A stretch of DNA of 45,359 nt from Catajapyx aquilonaris. Taxonomy: Eukaryota. The stretch is taken from contig JYFJ02003189.1 in NCBI GenBank assembly GCA_000934665.2, positions 1 to 45,359 of the forward strand, given 5' to 3'. Positions 1 to 9,812 of this stretch are shown here, piece after piece; position 1 is the first letter of the stretch, and each line of letters starts with the position of its first letter. The position numbers and the translations under genes were made by a program. The notes beneath the pieces are model-generated. The model did not search any database. It saw only the letters and a list, made by a program, of their open reading frames with translations, and was not told where the DNA came from.

Positions 1-337
1 GGCAACAGCAGAGCCATCTAGCAACAAAAGTCCGCCTCCTAGGAGACGCATGGATAGCCAACAGTGGTTCTGTTGTTGCCAGGTTATGGCGTATCGCATT
101 GCTGTTTGCTTACAACGACTCGATACACCATAACCTGGCAACAACTGTGCGCCATCTATCAACAAAACAGTCCGCTCGCCTAGCACCTCTTGCGTGACGT
201 GTCTGAGCGCACCCGTTCCTTGTCTATGAACCCCCTCTAGATGGCGTTTCCGGACACGGGTTCCTATGTCAAAAATATTTGTCTTGGTCTCCTCTATTAC
301 CCCTGAAAGTCTTTGCAGAGTTACAATAAACACCCTG
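1..337. mobile_element. Tc1/mariner-type MITE, right part (left end outside window)
   Basis: Ends in CACCCTG followed by TA (331-339). Contains an internal palindrome GTTGCCAGGTTATGG..TATCG / CGATA..CCATAACCTGGCAAC around 75-145 and a duplicated GCCATCTA.CAACAAAA motif. Confidence 0.65.
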
Positions 338-350
338 TATATGTGATCAG

Positions 351-666
351 GTCTTGACTAAGGTCTGGGGACGGAAGTCTGTGGTTTTACTGTAGCTGTG
401 GGGACCAGTTCCAATTGTGGGGACATTTGTCGGTCCCCACAGTCTCACACACGCGAAGTGTACCATTACAGTGGGGACATGTGTAAATTAGTGGGGACAT
501 GTCCCCACTATTTTCATTTGTAGGGTTTCACAAAAGTCCATTTTTCTCAGCCTAGGTTACTTAGGGTAGGGTAGGTTAGGTAGGGTAGGTTAGGTAGGTT
601 AGGTTAGATCAGTTTACACTCGCAGTGAAAAGTGATCAATGTCCGTCCCCACGCCTTAGTCAAGAC
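351..666. mobile_element. Non-autonomous inverted-repeat element carrying a TTAGG/GTAGG array
   Basis: Terminal inverted repeats GTCTTGACTAAGG..TGGGGACGGA (351-375) and TCCGTCCCCACGCCTTAGTCAAGAC (642-666). Many internal GTGGGGAC/GTCCCCAC motifs. Telomere-like array at 553-607. Followed by (GT)n at 676-697. Confidence 0.65.
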
Positions 667-697
667 AAGAGCGATTGTGTGTGTGTGTGTGTGTGTG

Positions 698-973
698 GTC
701 AGACATTGCTATCCTTGTGAGGATATTTTTCGCAAGTTTCCTATCCTTGTGAGGACCGAAAACCTTACGAGGACTTTTTTCAGGCCCTCATAACGTACAC
801 AGTCCTCACAAGGATGGCGGAAAATCAAACCAAGACCTCCTTTTTACTGTGAAAAAATAGGTCACCAAAATTTCGTGTGTATTTTGTAGGTTAGGTTAGG
901 TTAGGTTAGGTTAGGTTAGTTTTAAATTTTTATTTTTGCCAGACCCTCACAAGGATAGCACTTTATAACATGG
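698..973. mobile_element. Non-autonomous element between two (GT)n tracts, with a (TTAGG)n array
   Basis: Perfect 16-bp subterminal inverted repeat TGCTATCCTTGTGAGG (707-722) / CCTCACAAGGATAGCA (945-960), with internal copies of the same motif. (TTAGG)5 at 891-915. (GT)n on both flanks (676-697, 974-991). Confidence 0.7.
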
Positions 974-1231
974 GTGTGTGTGTGTGTGTGTATGTAACTG
1001 CACATTTGTGGGGGAACTCCTCTTAGACAGCCCATGAATGCATTGCTGATGGAGTTGGCCTTGCAAGAGCCTGGTGGTAGAGGGCAGCTTTGCAGTTTCC
1101 AACAAGACTCCTATAGATTTCCCAGACATGTGACACATACCAAGTGAGAGGGAACCACCAGCCATGATGTTGGTATAGGCCTATAGGGTTATAGGAAATC
1201 CACTGAAGGGGAAAAAAACAAACACTTTTAA

Positions 1232-2353
1232 CCCTTTGTCTCCTCATCGATAATGCACTCTCTGGGTGGTGGTTTAAAAAGAGCGCCCTAGGTGAAAATC
1301 GCTGGATCTGGCACCATTGGTTTCGCTCTCGTTTCATGCACTACAGGGGGCTGAACATTGCGAGACATACCAACCTACTCTGCATATCGAGAGAGGGCAT
1401 CAACTGCCTCATATACTATGCACAAGATGGTGAAGTCATCCTAATTGTGACATCTACGCGGTTATTTTAAGGCGGCTTCCACGCCTCTAAAAAATCCAAG
1501 ATAATTCTACATGATTGCCCAGTCTCTCTGATGAATTATGAAAACTTGAAGTGTCCGTTAAAAAAATGTTAAAGGTCCCGTTTAAAAAGAAGTAATGTGA
1601 TCTGCCAGGTGCAACAAAAGGCAGCTCAGGTGTAAAGTGGGCAACGCCCAGAGCTCGGAGCAGTCCGCCTGGCCAATTAGGAGTGAGGAGACTCTTTACA
1701 ACCAAAATGGCGCTGGGGGAGATTGCCTACCCTTCACAGATCATTCCGATTTTCCCCCCGGCGAAATGTACGTTGCAGAATTTAGGGAATTTTTAAAGTG
1801 ATTTTCAGCTGCACGTCCACATACTTTATATTTGATATTTAACGAGGTTGGCCCAGCATTGCCTTTCAACCTCCAAGGATAGGGAAGGAAGGAAGCGGCT
1901 GTGGCCTATTATACGGAAGCGACCCCGGAATTATCCTAGAAAGACAGTGGAAAACCACAGAAAACCACGGTCAAGGTTGCCGGCACCGGGATTCGAACCC
2001 AGGACCTCCTGATTAGCAGTCGGACGCCTTATCCACTATGCCAACCTGCTTCGGTACGTCCACATACCGAGAAATATGCGGCAGGAAGCTCTGTGTATTT
2101 AAATTCATGCAGTAAGTGTTTGTTTCGGTTTGTTTACAATGAATAAGACCTTCGGCCGATGACGTCGCGCCATTAAAAATATCACGCGAGTGGCGTAAAT
2201 ACTCATGAACATAGAGACTATGAACATTTCCTAAGGCTATGGTGAAAGAAATTTCCGTCTGGGTTATACCAATGAATTTTTTTAAAAAAACTATTTTGTT
2301 TGGTTGTATTATGTATTATAATACAACCAAAATGGGCTGTGGGAGACAAAGGG
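1232..2353. mobile_element. piggyBac-type non-autonomous DNA transposon
   Basis: TTAA target duplication at 1228-1231 and 2354-2357. Perfect 12-bp TIR CCCTTTGTCTCC / GGAGACAAAGGG. No transposase ORF. Confidence 0.85.
1825..2055 (-). mobile_element. tRNA-derived SINE nested in the piggyBac-type element
   Basis: Minus strand has Pol III A box TGGCATAGTGG and B box GGTTCGAATCC, a body GGTTTTCTGTGGTTTTCC...AGGCCACAGCCGCTTCCTTCC typical of insect SINEs, and an A-rich tail. 12-bp TSD ACGTCCACATAC at 1813-1824 and 2056-2067. Confidence 0.9.
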
Positions 2354-2933
2354 TTAAAATGCTGATGAGAATTATCTCATTTTCTCCACTGCAGTATGGC
2401 AACATTTCAGAACATAATTGCTCATCACATGCAACCCAAACTGCCAGAGCCTTGCCGAGCTGCCTGACACATTCACTTTAAGCACACTCGAGTCTCTTGC
2501 ACCTCAATAACAACATACCAGCATTTTCCCCCCTGCACCCATGTGGAAAAATGGTAAAAAGGGACCAGTCCTTACTCCTTAGGACATGATGGCTATGCCT
2601 AATCAAAGCCTACTCAATGTGTCACAATAGATATGGGAAGGACAGAACTGCCAGCTGCGATGTGGCTCCCACTGCTTTGACACACATCATGCCATGTTGC
2701 GTGGGCTTTCTTTGGACACATCAACCATGATGGCAAGTTTGGTGCACATAGTAGCTTACCCTTAGTTTAACAGCTTTAGTTTTTAGGGATCTATGCAAGA
2801 AGTACGTAAGTGCAATTGCATTCCAAACACCAAAATTGCCCCTTTCGAGTTCCATGGTTCAATTCTGAGTAAATTCCAAAAGTTGGAAAGCAAAAATCAT
2901 CACATGTCTTAATTCCTTAGCATACTGATATAC

Positions 2934-3535
2934 CTGTTGGTCTTGTAGCTGCACATGTCACATGAGTAGAGTTCCATGTCAATGACATGTGCCCTCCATA
3001 AGTGCACACTCACAGTCCTCCACCTGGAAAACACTTCAGTGCATTCAGGACACTCAAAGCACCCACTACGATGGCATCGTCGGTGATATTCAATGTTATC
3101 ATGAGACTTCATCCGCACTGCACAGCCTTCCTGGTTGCACTTGTACCCCAGTTCCTTCTCACCTAGACGTATTGATGGATTAATCTTTCGCAATGCAGTA
3201 ATACCCATGTTTTTCGAACCTCTTGGTCGCCCCCGCCGTTTTGAATTTTCAGTTTCTTTTGTGTCAGAGTCTGAACTTTGGTCCTCACGACTGTCCATAT
3301 CACTTGGGTCACCTTTACTTTCACTGTCATGTCTTGGTGCCAATGCAATATACATAGCGCCAGATGACTCCTCACCATCACTGCTGTCATCAATTAGTTT
3401 CATAACTTCACAATGTTCATCACTCTCAGATTCGTTGCACGCCTTCTTTTCTTCCAGGCTATACACTTTAATTGCATCTTGATTGTCCATGTAAGTTTGG
3501 TGTTGTGGAGGAGCATCTTTCTTCTTCTTCTTGCC
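2934..3535 (-). CDS. C2H2 zinc-finger protein, coding exon 3 (AT-hook plus start of the C2H2 array); gene apparently continues beyond the left edge
   Basis: Acceptor TTTTCCTGCAG|GGC (phase 0) and donor AG|GTATAT (phase 2). Encodes the AT-hook KRRGRPRGSK, fingers CNQEGC..H..CH and CPEC..HLWRAH, and the first half of a third finger CDMC. No further zinc-finger exon was recognised in 1-2933. Confidence 0.92.
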
Positions 3536-3622
3536 CTGCAGGAAAATAAACCATGCAAGTTAAGGGTTCAATTTTGTGCAAATCATAGAAATTACTGAGT
3601 AATTAGCATTATAATTTTAATA

Positions 3623-3855
3623 CAGTAAAACCTCGATATAATGCTATCCCGCTTTTAATGCTCCTTTTTTCTGGTCCCTTGATCAGCCCCATAAGGCCCA
3701 ATGGTAAATTTTCCCGCTAATAGCGATTCCCACTTTTAATGCTTTCCCAATATACTGCTCGGTTTCCCTTGTCCCCAGACACACTTATCGTACTTCCCGC
3801 ATATAACGCTACTTTTGGGCGGTCCCGTAAAGAGCGTTATATTGAGGTTTTACTG
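3623..3855. mobile_element. pogo/Tc1-mariner-type MITE
   Basis: TIRs CAGTAAAACCTCGATATAATGCT / AGCGTTATATTGAGGTTTTACTG, flanked by TA on both sides. Confidence 0.9.
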
Positions 3856-4442
3856 TATAACGAATGCAGCAATCAAGTATCTCATTACCCGACGATGCAT
3901 TGACCTGCTCGTATAAAAGTAATTTGACTAGGAGCCTGGTATAACCCAGGAAGTCGACCAGCTAGTGTAGAGAGGTGTAAATTTAGTGATTTTCTTCCTC
4001 CCTTAAAAATTACTTAAACTATTAATCTTAATCACTATTGCAGATCTACACATGCCTCGTGCAGAGGGGCAAAACAAAATGCAAGATTAAAGCAAAGTAT
4101 AAAAATGAACTCATGCTCATTAATAAGTAATTAAACCTTGCTCAGAGAAAAGGGGGTATGTCATGTTTTGTGACAAACCAGGAATGCATCCGTCTTGAAG
4201 GTCCACCAGCTTGGGCACAAACAGAATTTAGGGTCATACTTATGATGATAATTACTAATTACTTTATTAAGAAGATAAGACAACTAAGAACACGATGCAT
4301 GGAAGGAAGTACAAGGAAGAGGTCATGGCCTTTTTACAGGATATCCTCCTGCAATAATCTTCGCAATAATGGAAAAGATTGGACCACCTCAAAGTTAAAC
4401 ATTAAGTTAAACATCTCCAGATAGTAATCAAATTACTCTCAC

Positions 4443-6062
4443 CTTGATCTCTTTGTCCAGCTGAGCAAGTGCTGCAGACATCACTTTATCCAGTAACACT
4501 TGCAGCTTCGCTTCATTCATCTTGTGGTCTTGTACCAAGTGCACCTTAAGTGGTTTCTGGCTGAAAAACACATTGGAGCACCCAGGGCACTGCAACTTTG
4601 GCAAGCGTTGCCTCTGCTTATGCTTCTCCCCATCACTGTCTTCATCCTCCAACTCCATGTCTGATTGAGTCATGTCTCCTTTGTGCTCTTCATCAATGTG
4701 TCTTGACACCCCATCTTTGTCCATGCACAAAAAGGGGCAGAACTTACACTTGAAACAAGCTACTTGTTGCACTAGTCCTGTACGCCGTTTTGGAACTCGC
4801 AGCTCTATCTTAGATTTAGCACCTGCCCTCTTCTTTGCCTTCTCTGCACTCTTGTGTGCAGCAACAATTTTACTCATGTTTTTGCCCTTACCACTATGAT
4901 GTCGCTTGTACAGTGTGTCAGGAGGAACTGACTCAATATCACCATTATTTCTGTACTGTATGTCAGAATTGAAATAATCACCATCTACCATTATGTCTGT
5001 AGTTCCACTCACACCATCCACTTCCATCAATGACGATGGTTCACTAAATGTGTACGAGTTGGTGGACGGAGCCTGACTAAAATGAGGTGAAAACGAATTT
5101 GGCACAGTCTTTTTGTCATCCACCAAGGTTACAGTAGTCACAGGTGAATACGATGGTTGTGAAGATGTCATGACAGGATCGGAAGAAAGGAAATTTGCCA
5201 ATGTTGCAGCAACACGAGTGTCACCAAGGTCGTGCAGTGGTGGTAACCGAACTAATGATGCATCTTCATTGCTGCCTATTTGCAGGTCATCGTCAGTCTG
5301 TGTCACTGCACTTATTTTATGGGATTGACGTGATGTTCTATTAGAGCCCAGTACATTTAGATCAAGGGTTAGTGCATCAGCCAAGAGTCCAGATGGAAAT
5401 GACCCACTCAGTTCTGAGGTTGAGAGAGAAGAAAGCACAGAGCAAATTTGATTGGAAGATATATTGGGTAAAAAGGACTTCTGTCCAAGCATGTCTGACT
5501 GGGATGGTGGAAACATTGTTGATGAACTCCCAGGTGAAGATTTCACTGCACCTAAGTCATGGAGGTAGAGATCTGATATTGGATGAAGCATTGATTTCAC
5601 TTCTGACACTGGTGGTAATGGTTTCGTCAATGATCGATGTGGGGGTGGCGCCAGCAGGTCAAGTGATCCAAGTGAAGTATCTGCCTTAGACAGTGAATCC
5701 ATAGCCATTACAGACATATCAGACGTGAAAGGTGGTGCTGAAGTGATCACTAGGTCATCAGTCACAGTTGGTGAACGGGACATCCCACTTGTCATGATGT
5801 CTGTTGTTGAAAGTGGTAAGTCTGGTATTGATGATGATGTGGGTGGGAGGCTATCAGCTTGAGATATTCCACGGGGTGGAAGAGAGGAGGTTGGTGAGTC
5901 AGCAAGGTCAACCACCATCACTGGAAGATGCAATGACGTGGACTTGGTCTGCTTCGGCTCCTTTCCTGTAGGACCAGGCAATGATGGCGCTAGTTCAAGG
6001 TGGTTCACCGGAGAAGCAATTGGGTGTTTGTCGTGAACTATGGAGTTTGCCATTGTAAATGC
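4443..6062 (-). CDS. C2H2 zinc-finger protein, coding exon 2 (540 codons: S/P/T-rich region plus two spaced C2H2 fingers)
   Basis: Lies within the 557-aa ORF. Acceptor TTTTACAG|GCA and donor AAG|GTGAGA, both phase 0. Fingers CKFC-x12-H-x4-H and CPGC-x12-H-x4-H. In frame with both flanking exons. Confidence 0.93.
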
Positions 6063-6528
6063 CTGTAAAATGAAACAAAAATGAATATTAGTTTCTCCCA
6101 CAAAAAGGTGGTCCCTTGATGTGGCTAGAAACAGAAGTCATATTAAGTGCCCTATTGCTGAAGCATTAAAGTGGGTATTCTACAAAACAAACAACATGAT
6201 TATACCCTAACCAGGTATACATGGTGCAGCTGTCCGGCAACTGTCTTCCAAAAACCCCTGAACAGTAACCTGCAAACTCCACATGGTTGTACCATTGCAA
6301 ACTATGATGATTATAATAATGCTGAATTTTAAGATATGCCAGTAACAATGCAATAAACATGACTCCCATTACAACCAATACAATTCCAAACTAAACATAA
6401 GACACACAAGACCAGTGTTTTTCCACAAAAACATTTTTAAAAACCAATATACTGTATAGGATGCCAAAAACTTGCCTACACTTCTGATCCAAAAAAGTAT
6501 TTTCCCTGCCAATAAAATAAAATCAATA

Positions 6529-6935
6529 CAGGGTGGCCATAATTAAATGGACAGTACTCTTATGCCATCTGCAGCTCGTTCTAACAACCGGAATGGCGCC
6601 AAATTTGGTAGGGAAACTAATGAAGACACAGGAAGAAAGAATCTGTGATAAAAAGCAGTAGTTCCAAATGCCTCCAATAGGACAAAATGTCGCGTTGTGC
6701 AATGTAAAAAACAGTTGTACATTCACCAAAAATCACTGTTTGGTGTAGCTTCACAGATTTCATCATAGAACCATTATTTTTTGAGAGCATTACACCGACA
6801 GGACCAGTAACCTGTTCCATTACCGCACTGCAATATTGCAACATGCTGACCAGTTTCGTCATTCTTCAGCTTCAGCAAAGACAATGTCTGGGTGAGTTAA
6901 TTTTTATGCAAGATGGAACACCACCACCACAGTGC
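6529..6935 (+). pseudogene. Internally deleted Tc1/mariner-superfamily transposon with a transposase catalytic-domain remnant
   Basis: Left end TA|CAGGGTGGCCATAA at 6527. From 6720 the plus frame reads HSPKITVWCSFTDFIIEPLFFE...QYCNMLTSFVILQLQQRQCLGELIFMQDGTPPP, matching the VWC..GP.FF..Y..ML..FQQDGAPPH signature. Confidence 0.8.
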
Positions 6936-7276
6936 TCGAATGGTAGTTGTAATGATCAAATAAGGGATTTCTAGGTTTTTACCTACTTTTTATTTTGTAG
7001 GCAGAACACCGGAACCAAAATATCTATCAGTTTCATAATACAAGGAACTCAAAAATCATAGTTTTATAAAACCTAAAATTGCCAATTTCAGACGTTGGGA
7101 CCTAAATGGCCTATTATTAGCGCTTATTTTCACCAATTTACGCCTTTTTTGTAATTTTTCGGCAGTTTTTACGTGTTTTCCGTTCAAGTCATCCCTCCTA
7201 CTTCAACCTGTGAATAGCGAAGGAGCTGTAGCCTGTAGACATGCTGGATGAACTGGCTGTACAAGACATTTAACTT

Positions 7277-7362
7277 TTCAGGAATGGTCCAGTTGCTCTG
7301 TGTTATGTCGAAAGGTCATTTTCAGTGTATAAAGTTGTACTGTCACACAGGCCTCACCGACA
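7277..7362 (+). pseudogene. hAT-like transposase C-terminal remnant
   Basis: Plus frame reads FRNGPVALCYVERSFSVYKVVLSHRPHR, resembling the P..S..VERSFS.YK..LS..R dimerisation-region motif. Confidence 0.55.

Positions 7363-7363
<1 letters not shown>

Positions 7364-7428
<65 letters not shown>
7364..7428. repeat. (AAT)n microsatellite
   Basis: About 21 perfect AAT units. Confidence 0.98.
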
Positions 7429-7430
<2 letters not shown>

Positions 7431-7750
7431 CTAAAATATGGAACAACTGCTAATTTGTTAATGTGTTGCAAAATTACATGGCCAAGAGTAGGCTGCAATG
7501 GCTGCATGGGACTGAAAATAAATTAGGACCTGCTTGATTGTTAGTGCCTATTTAAGAGCTTATTTTAACTGTCTTCAGGACCTAAATGCCCACCTATTTG
7601 AGGGTTTTTTAGAACATAGAAATCCGTTCTTTGGTAATGATGTTAACCGCCCCAGCTTCTTAGAAATATGTGAAAGTCCAATTGATAAAGACACCAATGC
7701 TAGTTCACAAGGGAATAACTAGTAATGTTACGTTAGGTTATCATACATAC

Positions 7751-8008
7751 AAGTTTAAGGGACTCTGGAGACAAATTCCATATCCCAGCGACATGATTGC
7801 TGTCATGGGTCAAAGTGACATCCCGGTCTGCATCAATCCCATGCAAGTCAGACTGGTTGACCTGCTCAGTGGGCAAGGCAGCATCTATCAGGTTGACGAC
7901 TTGGTGCTCATCACTTGGTATGTTTTCCACTGCTGGTTCATCCTGGATAGTTGAACATGATGGAATCATAGCCATTCTTCCCTCCTGTCCTGCTTTTGAT
8001 ACTTTCAT
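7751..8008 (-). CDS. C2H2 zinc-finger protein, first coding exon (exon 7751-8066, ATG at 8008)
   Basis: Acceptor TCTTTTCAG| at 8067. In-frame TGA upstream of the ATG within the exon. ATG in CAAAATG context. Phase-0 donor CTT|GTATGT matches the phase-0 acceptor at 6062. Encodes 86 aa. Confidence 0.75.
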
Positions 8009-8159
8009 TTTGCAAGTCTTCTTTTCAGGTGAGGGGCTTCAAGCCAAACCATAGCAGAAACCATATCTGAAAAGACCTATATATTAATATGAAGTACGAG
8101 TTATTTTGCAACCAGCTTGTCATGTTAATGGTCACTCAACAATGCCAATGTGCCATCAT

Positions 8160-8229
8160 TGCCCTCACCAGGAATTGAACCTAGGACCACCAGCTTTGTG
8201 CTGTTGCTCTCCCACTGAGCTATGAGAAC
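8160..8229 (-). other. tRNA-like element (pseudo-tRNA / tailless SINE head), copy 1
   Basis: GTTCTCATAGCTCAGTGGGAGAGC...CTAGGTTCAATTCCTGGTGAGGGC. Acceptor, D and T stems pair, but the anticodon loop is shortened. Confidence 0.7.
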
Positions 8230-8256
8230 TGGTGGCAACATTGAAAACAACACATG

Positions 8257-8700
8257 AGGTACTATATCGCTCAAAAACATAGGAGACGAACTTGACTCCA
8301 GTACAGCCTGCACTTGAATGTGCAGAATCATCTCTATGTTTTTGAGCGATATAGTACATTCACACGGGCACGAAATTCCTAGCAAGTGCTTGGAAAGTTT
8401 TATTCCAGGTTTTGTCACCCGTCCAAACGAGAAAGTAAAACTCGGAAAGTCTGCCACAAATTGGAAAAGATTCCAAGTTGGAGAAAGTAGGAATCTCGCT
8501 CCAACATGGAATGTGGGGTCACGTGACTTCCGTGTGCAAGTGCTTCAGGGGCGCATGCCTCCATTCCCTCCCCTCCACTCCTCTCTCCTGCTCTTTTTCT
8601 CCCTCTCATTGTTGGGTTGCATGGGTGGGGCATTTCATCTGTTTTAACCTGGCTCGTGAGGCCAATTGCGACTGGGAAGTTGGAAAATATTTGTAATCTA
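8257..8700. mobile_element. Older truncated copy of a PIF/Harbinger-like MITE, interrupted in its TIR
   Basis: Begins AGGTA[insertion]CATTCACACGGGCACGAAATTCCTAG. It is the diverged reverse complement of 8765-9108 over about 345 bp. Confidence 0.8.
8262..8354. mobile_element. 93-bp TA-targeting MITE
   Basis: Perfect TIR CTATATCGCTCAAAAACATAG / CTATGTTTTTGAGCGATATAG with TA duplicated at 8260-8261 and 8355-8356. Confidence 0.85.
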
Positions 8701-8701
8701 C

Positions 8702-9108
8702 AGGTACGTTCACATGGGCGCGAAATTCTTAGGAAAGTGCTGGAAAGTAGATTCCACTAAAAGTAGATTCCAAGTAATTTCCAACTTCCCAGTGACAGTA
8801 GTCCACACGAGCCAGGTTAAAACAGATGAAACGCGCCACCCTCGCAACCCAACGAGAGGGGGGAAAAGAGTAGGGGGGAAGTGGAGGGAGGGAACGGCGA
8901 CATGCACCCCTGAAGCGCATGCGCTCAGAAGTCACGTGACCCCACTTTCCATGTTGGAGTGAGATTCCTACTTTCTCCAACTAGGAATCTTTTCCAACTT
9001 CGGGCAGACTTTCCAAGTTTGTACTTTCCTGTTTGGGTGGGTGACAAAACCTGGAATTCAACTTTCCAGGCACTTTCCTAGGAATTTCGCGCCCATGTGA
9101 ACGTACCT
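8702..9108. mobile_element. Complete MITE, PIF/Harbinger-like (superfamily tentative)
   Basis: Near-perfect TIRs AGGTACGTTCACATGGGCGCGAAATTC.TAGGAAAGTGC / GCACTTTCCTAGGAATTTCGCGCCCATGTGAACGTACCT. TSD not clear. Confidence 0.85.
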
Positions 9109-9160
9109 ATGAAGTATATGCAGTAAGCCAAAACTTTACAACATATTCTTTATTAGCTTT

Positions 9161-9287
9161 AGGCTGATTGGATCATGCCTGTCACATTTTAATGGCCTGT
9201 ATTTCATTGTTTATTATTTATAAAAGAATTACCAACAATGAAATTCAGGCTTTTAAAAGTTTACAGCCACTGATACAATCTGGCCTG
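9161..9287. mobile_element. Small degenerate foldback/MITE
   Basis: Inverted arms TTTTAATGGCCTGTATTTCATTGTT / AACAATGAAATTCAGGCTTTTAAAA. Confidence 0.45.
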
Positions 9288-9419
9288 CATCATGGACTGT
9301 AAATGCTTTTGGGGTGACTATAATTATACAGTCCATTAACTCTAGGCCTGCCTGCCGGTCTTGACTCACTCCACAGCTGATTTGTCATCTGGACAATACA
9401 AAATGAGACTGAAGGAAGC

Positions 9420-9568
9420 ATTAGGTATTATAAGTAATCTAGAGATGATTAAAAGTATAATGGAAGATGTGCATACATTATATGCACATACTAAGCCTTT
9501 TCATACACGGGACTTCAGCATCCACAGTGGGCTTAGAACCAATCCCCGTGGATACAGAGGGCACCCTG
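9420..9568. mobile_element. pogo/Tigger-family terminal fragment (MER2-like)
   Basis: Reverse strand reads CAGGGTGCCCTCTGTATCCACGGGGATTGGTTC...GGATGCTGAAGTCCC...AATCATCTCTAGATTACTTATAATACCTAAT, which resembles my recollection of the MER2/Tigger end. Not database-checked. Confidence 0.7.
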
Positions 9569-9572
9569 CATA

Positions 9573-9812
9573 CAGGGTGTTCCAAGTTTGTGGGTCGTTT
9601 TTAGTTATCACTAACATCGTCCGAAGTAGCTATTTTGTGTAGCTTGTTGCACCCCGATCCAGGTCCCCATTACTTCCAGGAGGTCAAATATAGCTCTTTG
9701 AATAGAATAGGGCAGCTGGTTAGGGGCACAAAAATATAATAATAATTAAAACAATAAAGCTTCGAGCGAAATTCCCCATAACTAAAAGTACTAATGTACT
9801 TGGAACATCCTG
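9573..9812. mobile_element. Tc1/mariner-type MITE
   Basis: TIRs CAGGGTGTTCCAAGT / ACTTGGAACATCCTG. TA on the left, TG (possibly mutated TA) on the right. Confidence 0.7.

Noticed and set aside
361..510. Repeated GTGGGGAC motifs as a CRISPR-like array
   Set aside because: 8-bp motifs in both orientations with irregular spacing, eukaryotic context and no cas genes; these are TE subterminal repeats.
553..919. TTAGG arrays as a true telomere or chromosome-fusion scar
   Set aside because: Short, partly degenerate, same orientation, and enclosed by element inverted repeats inside an intron.
8318..8980. Paired similar ORFs (MEKVGISLQHG...) on opposite strands
   Set aside because: Artefact of two inverted copies of the same MITE.
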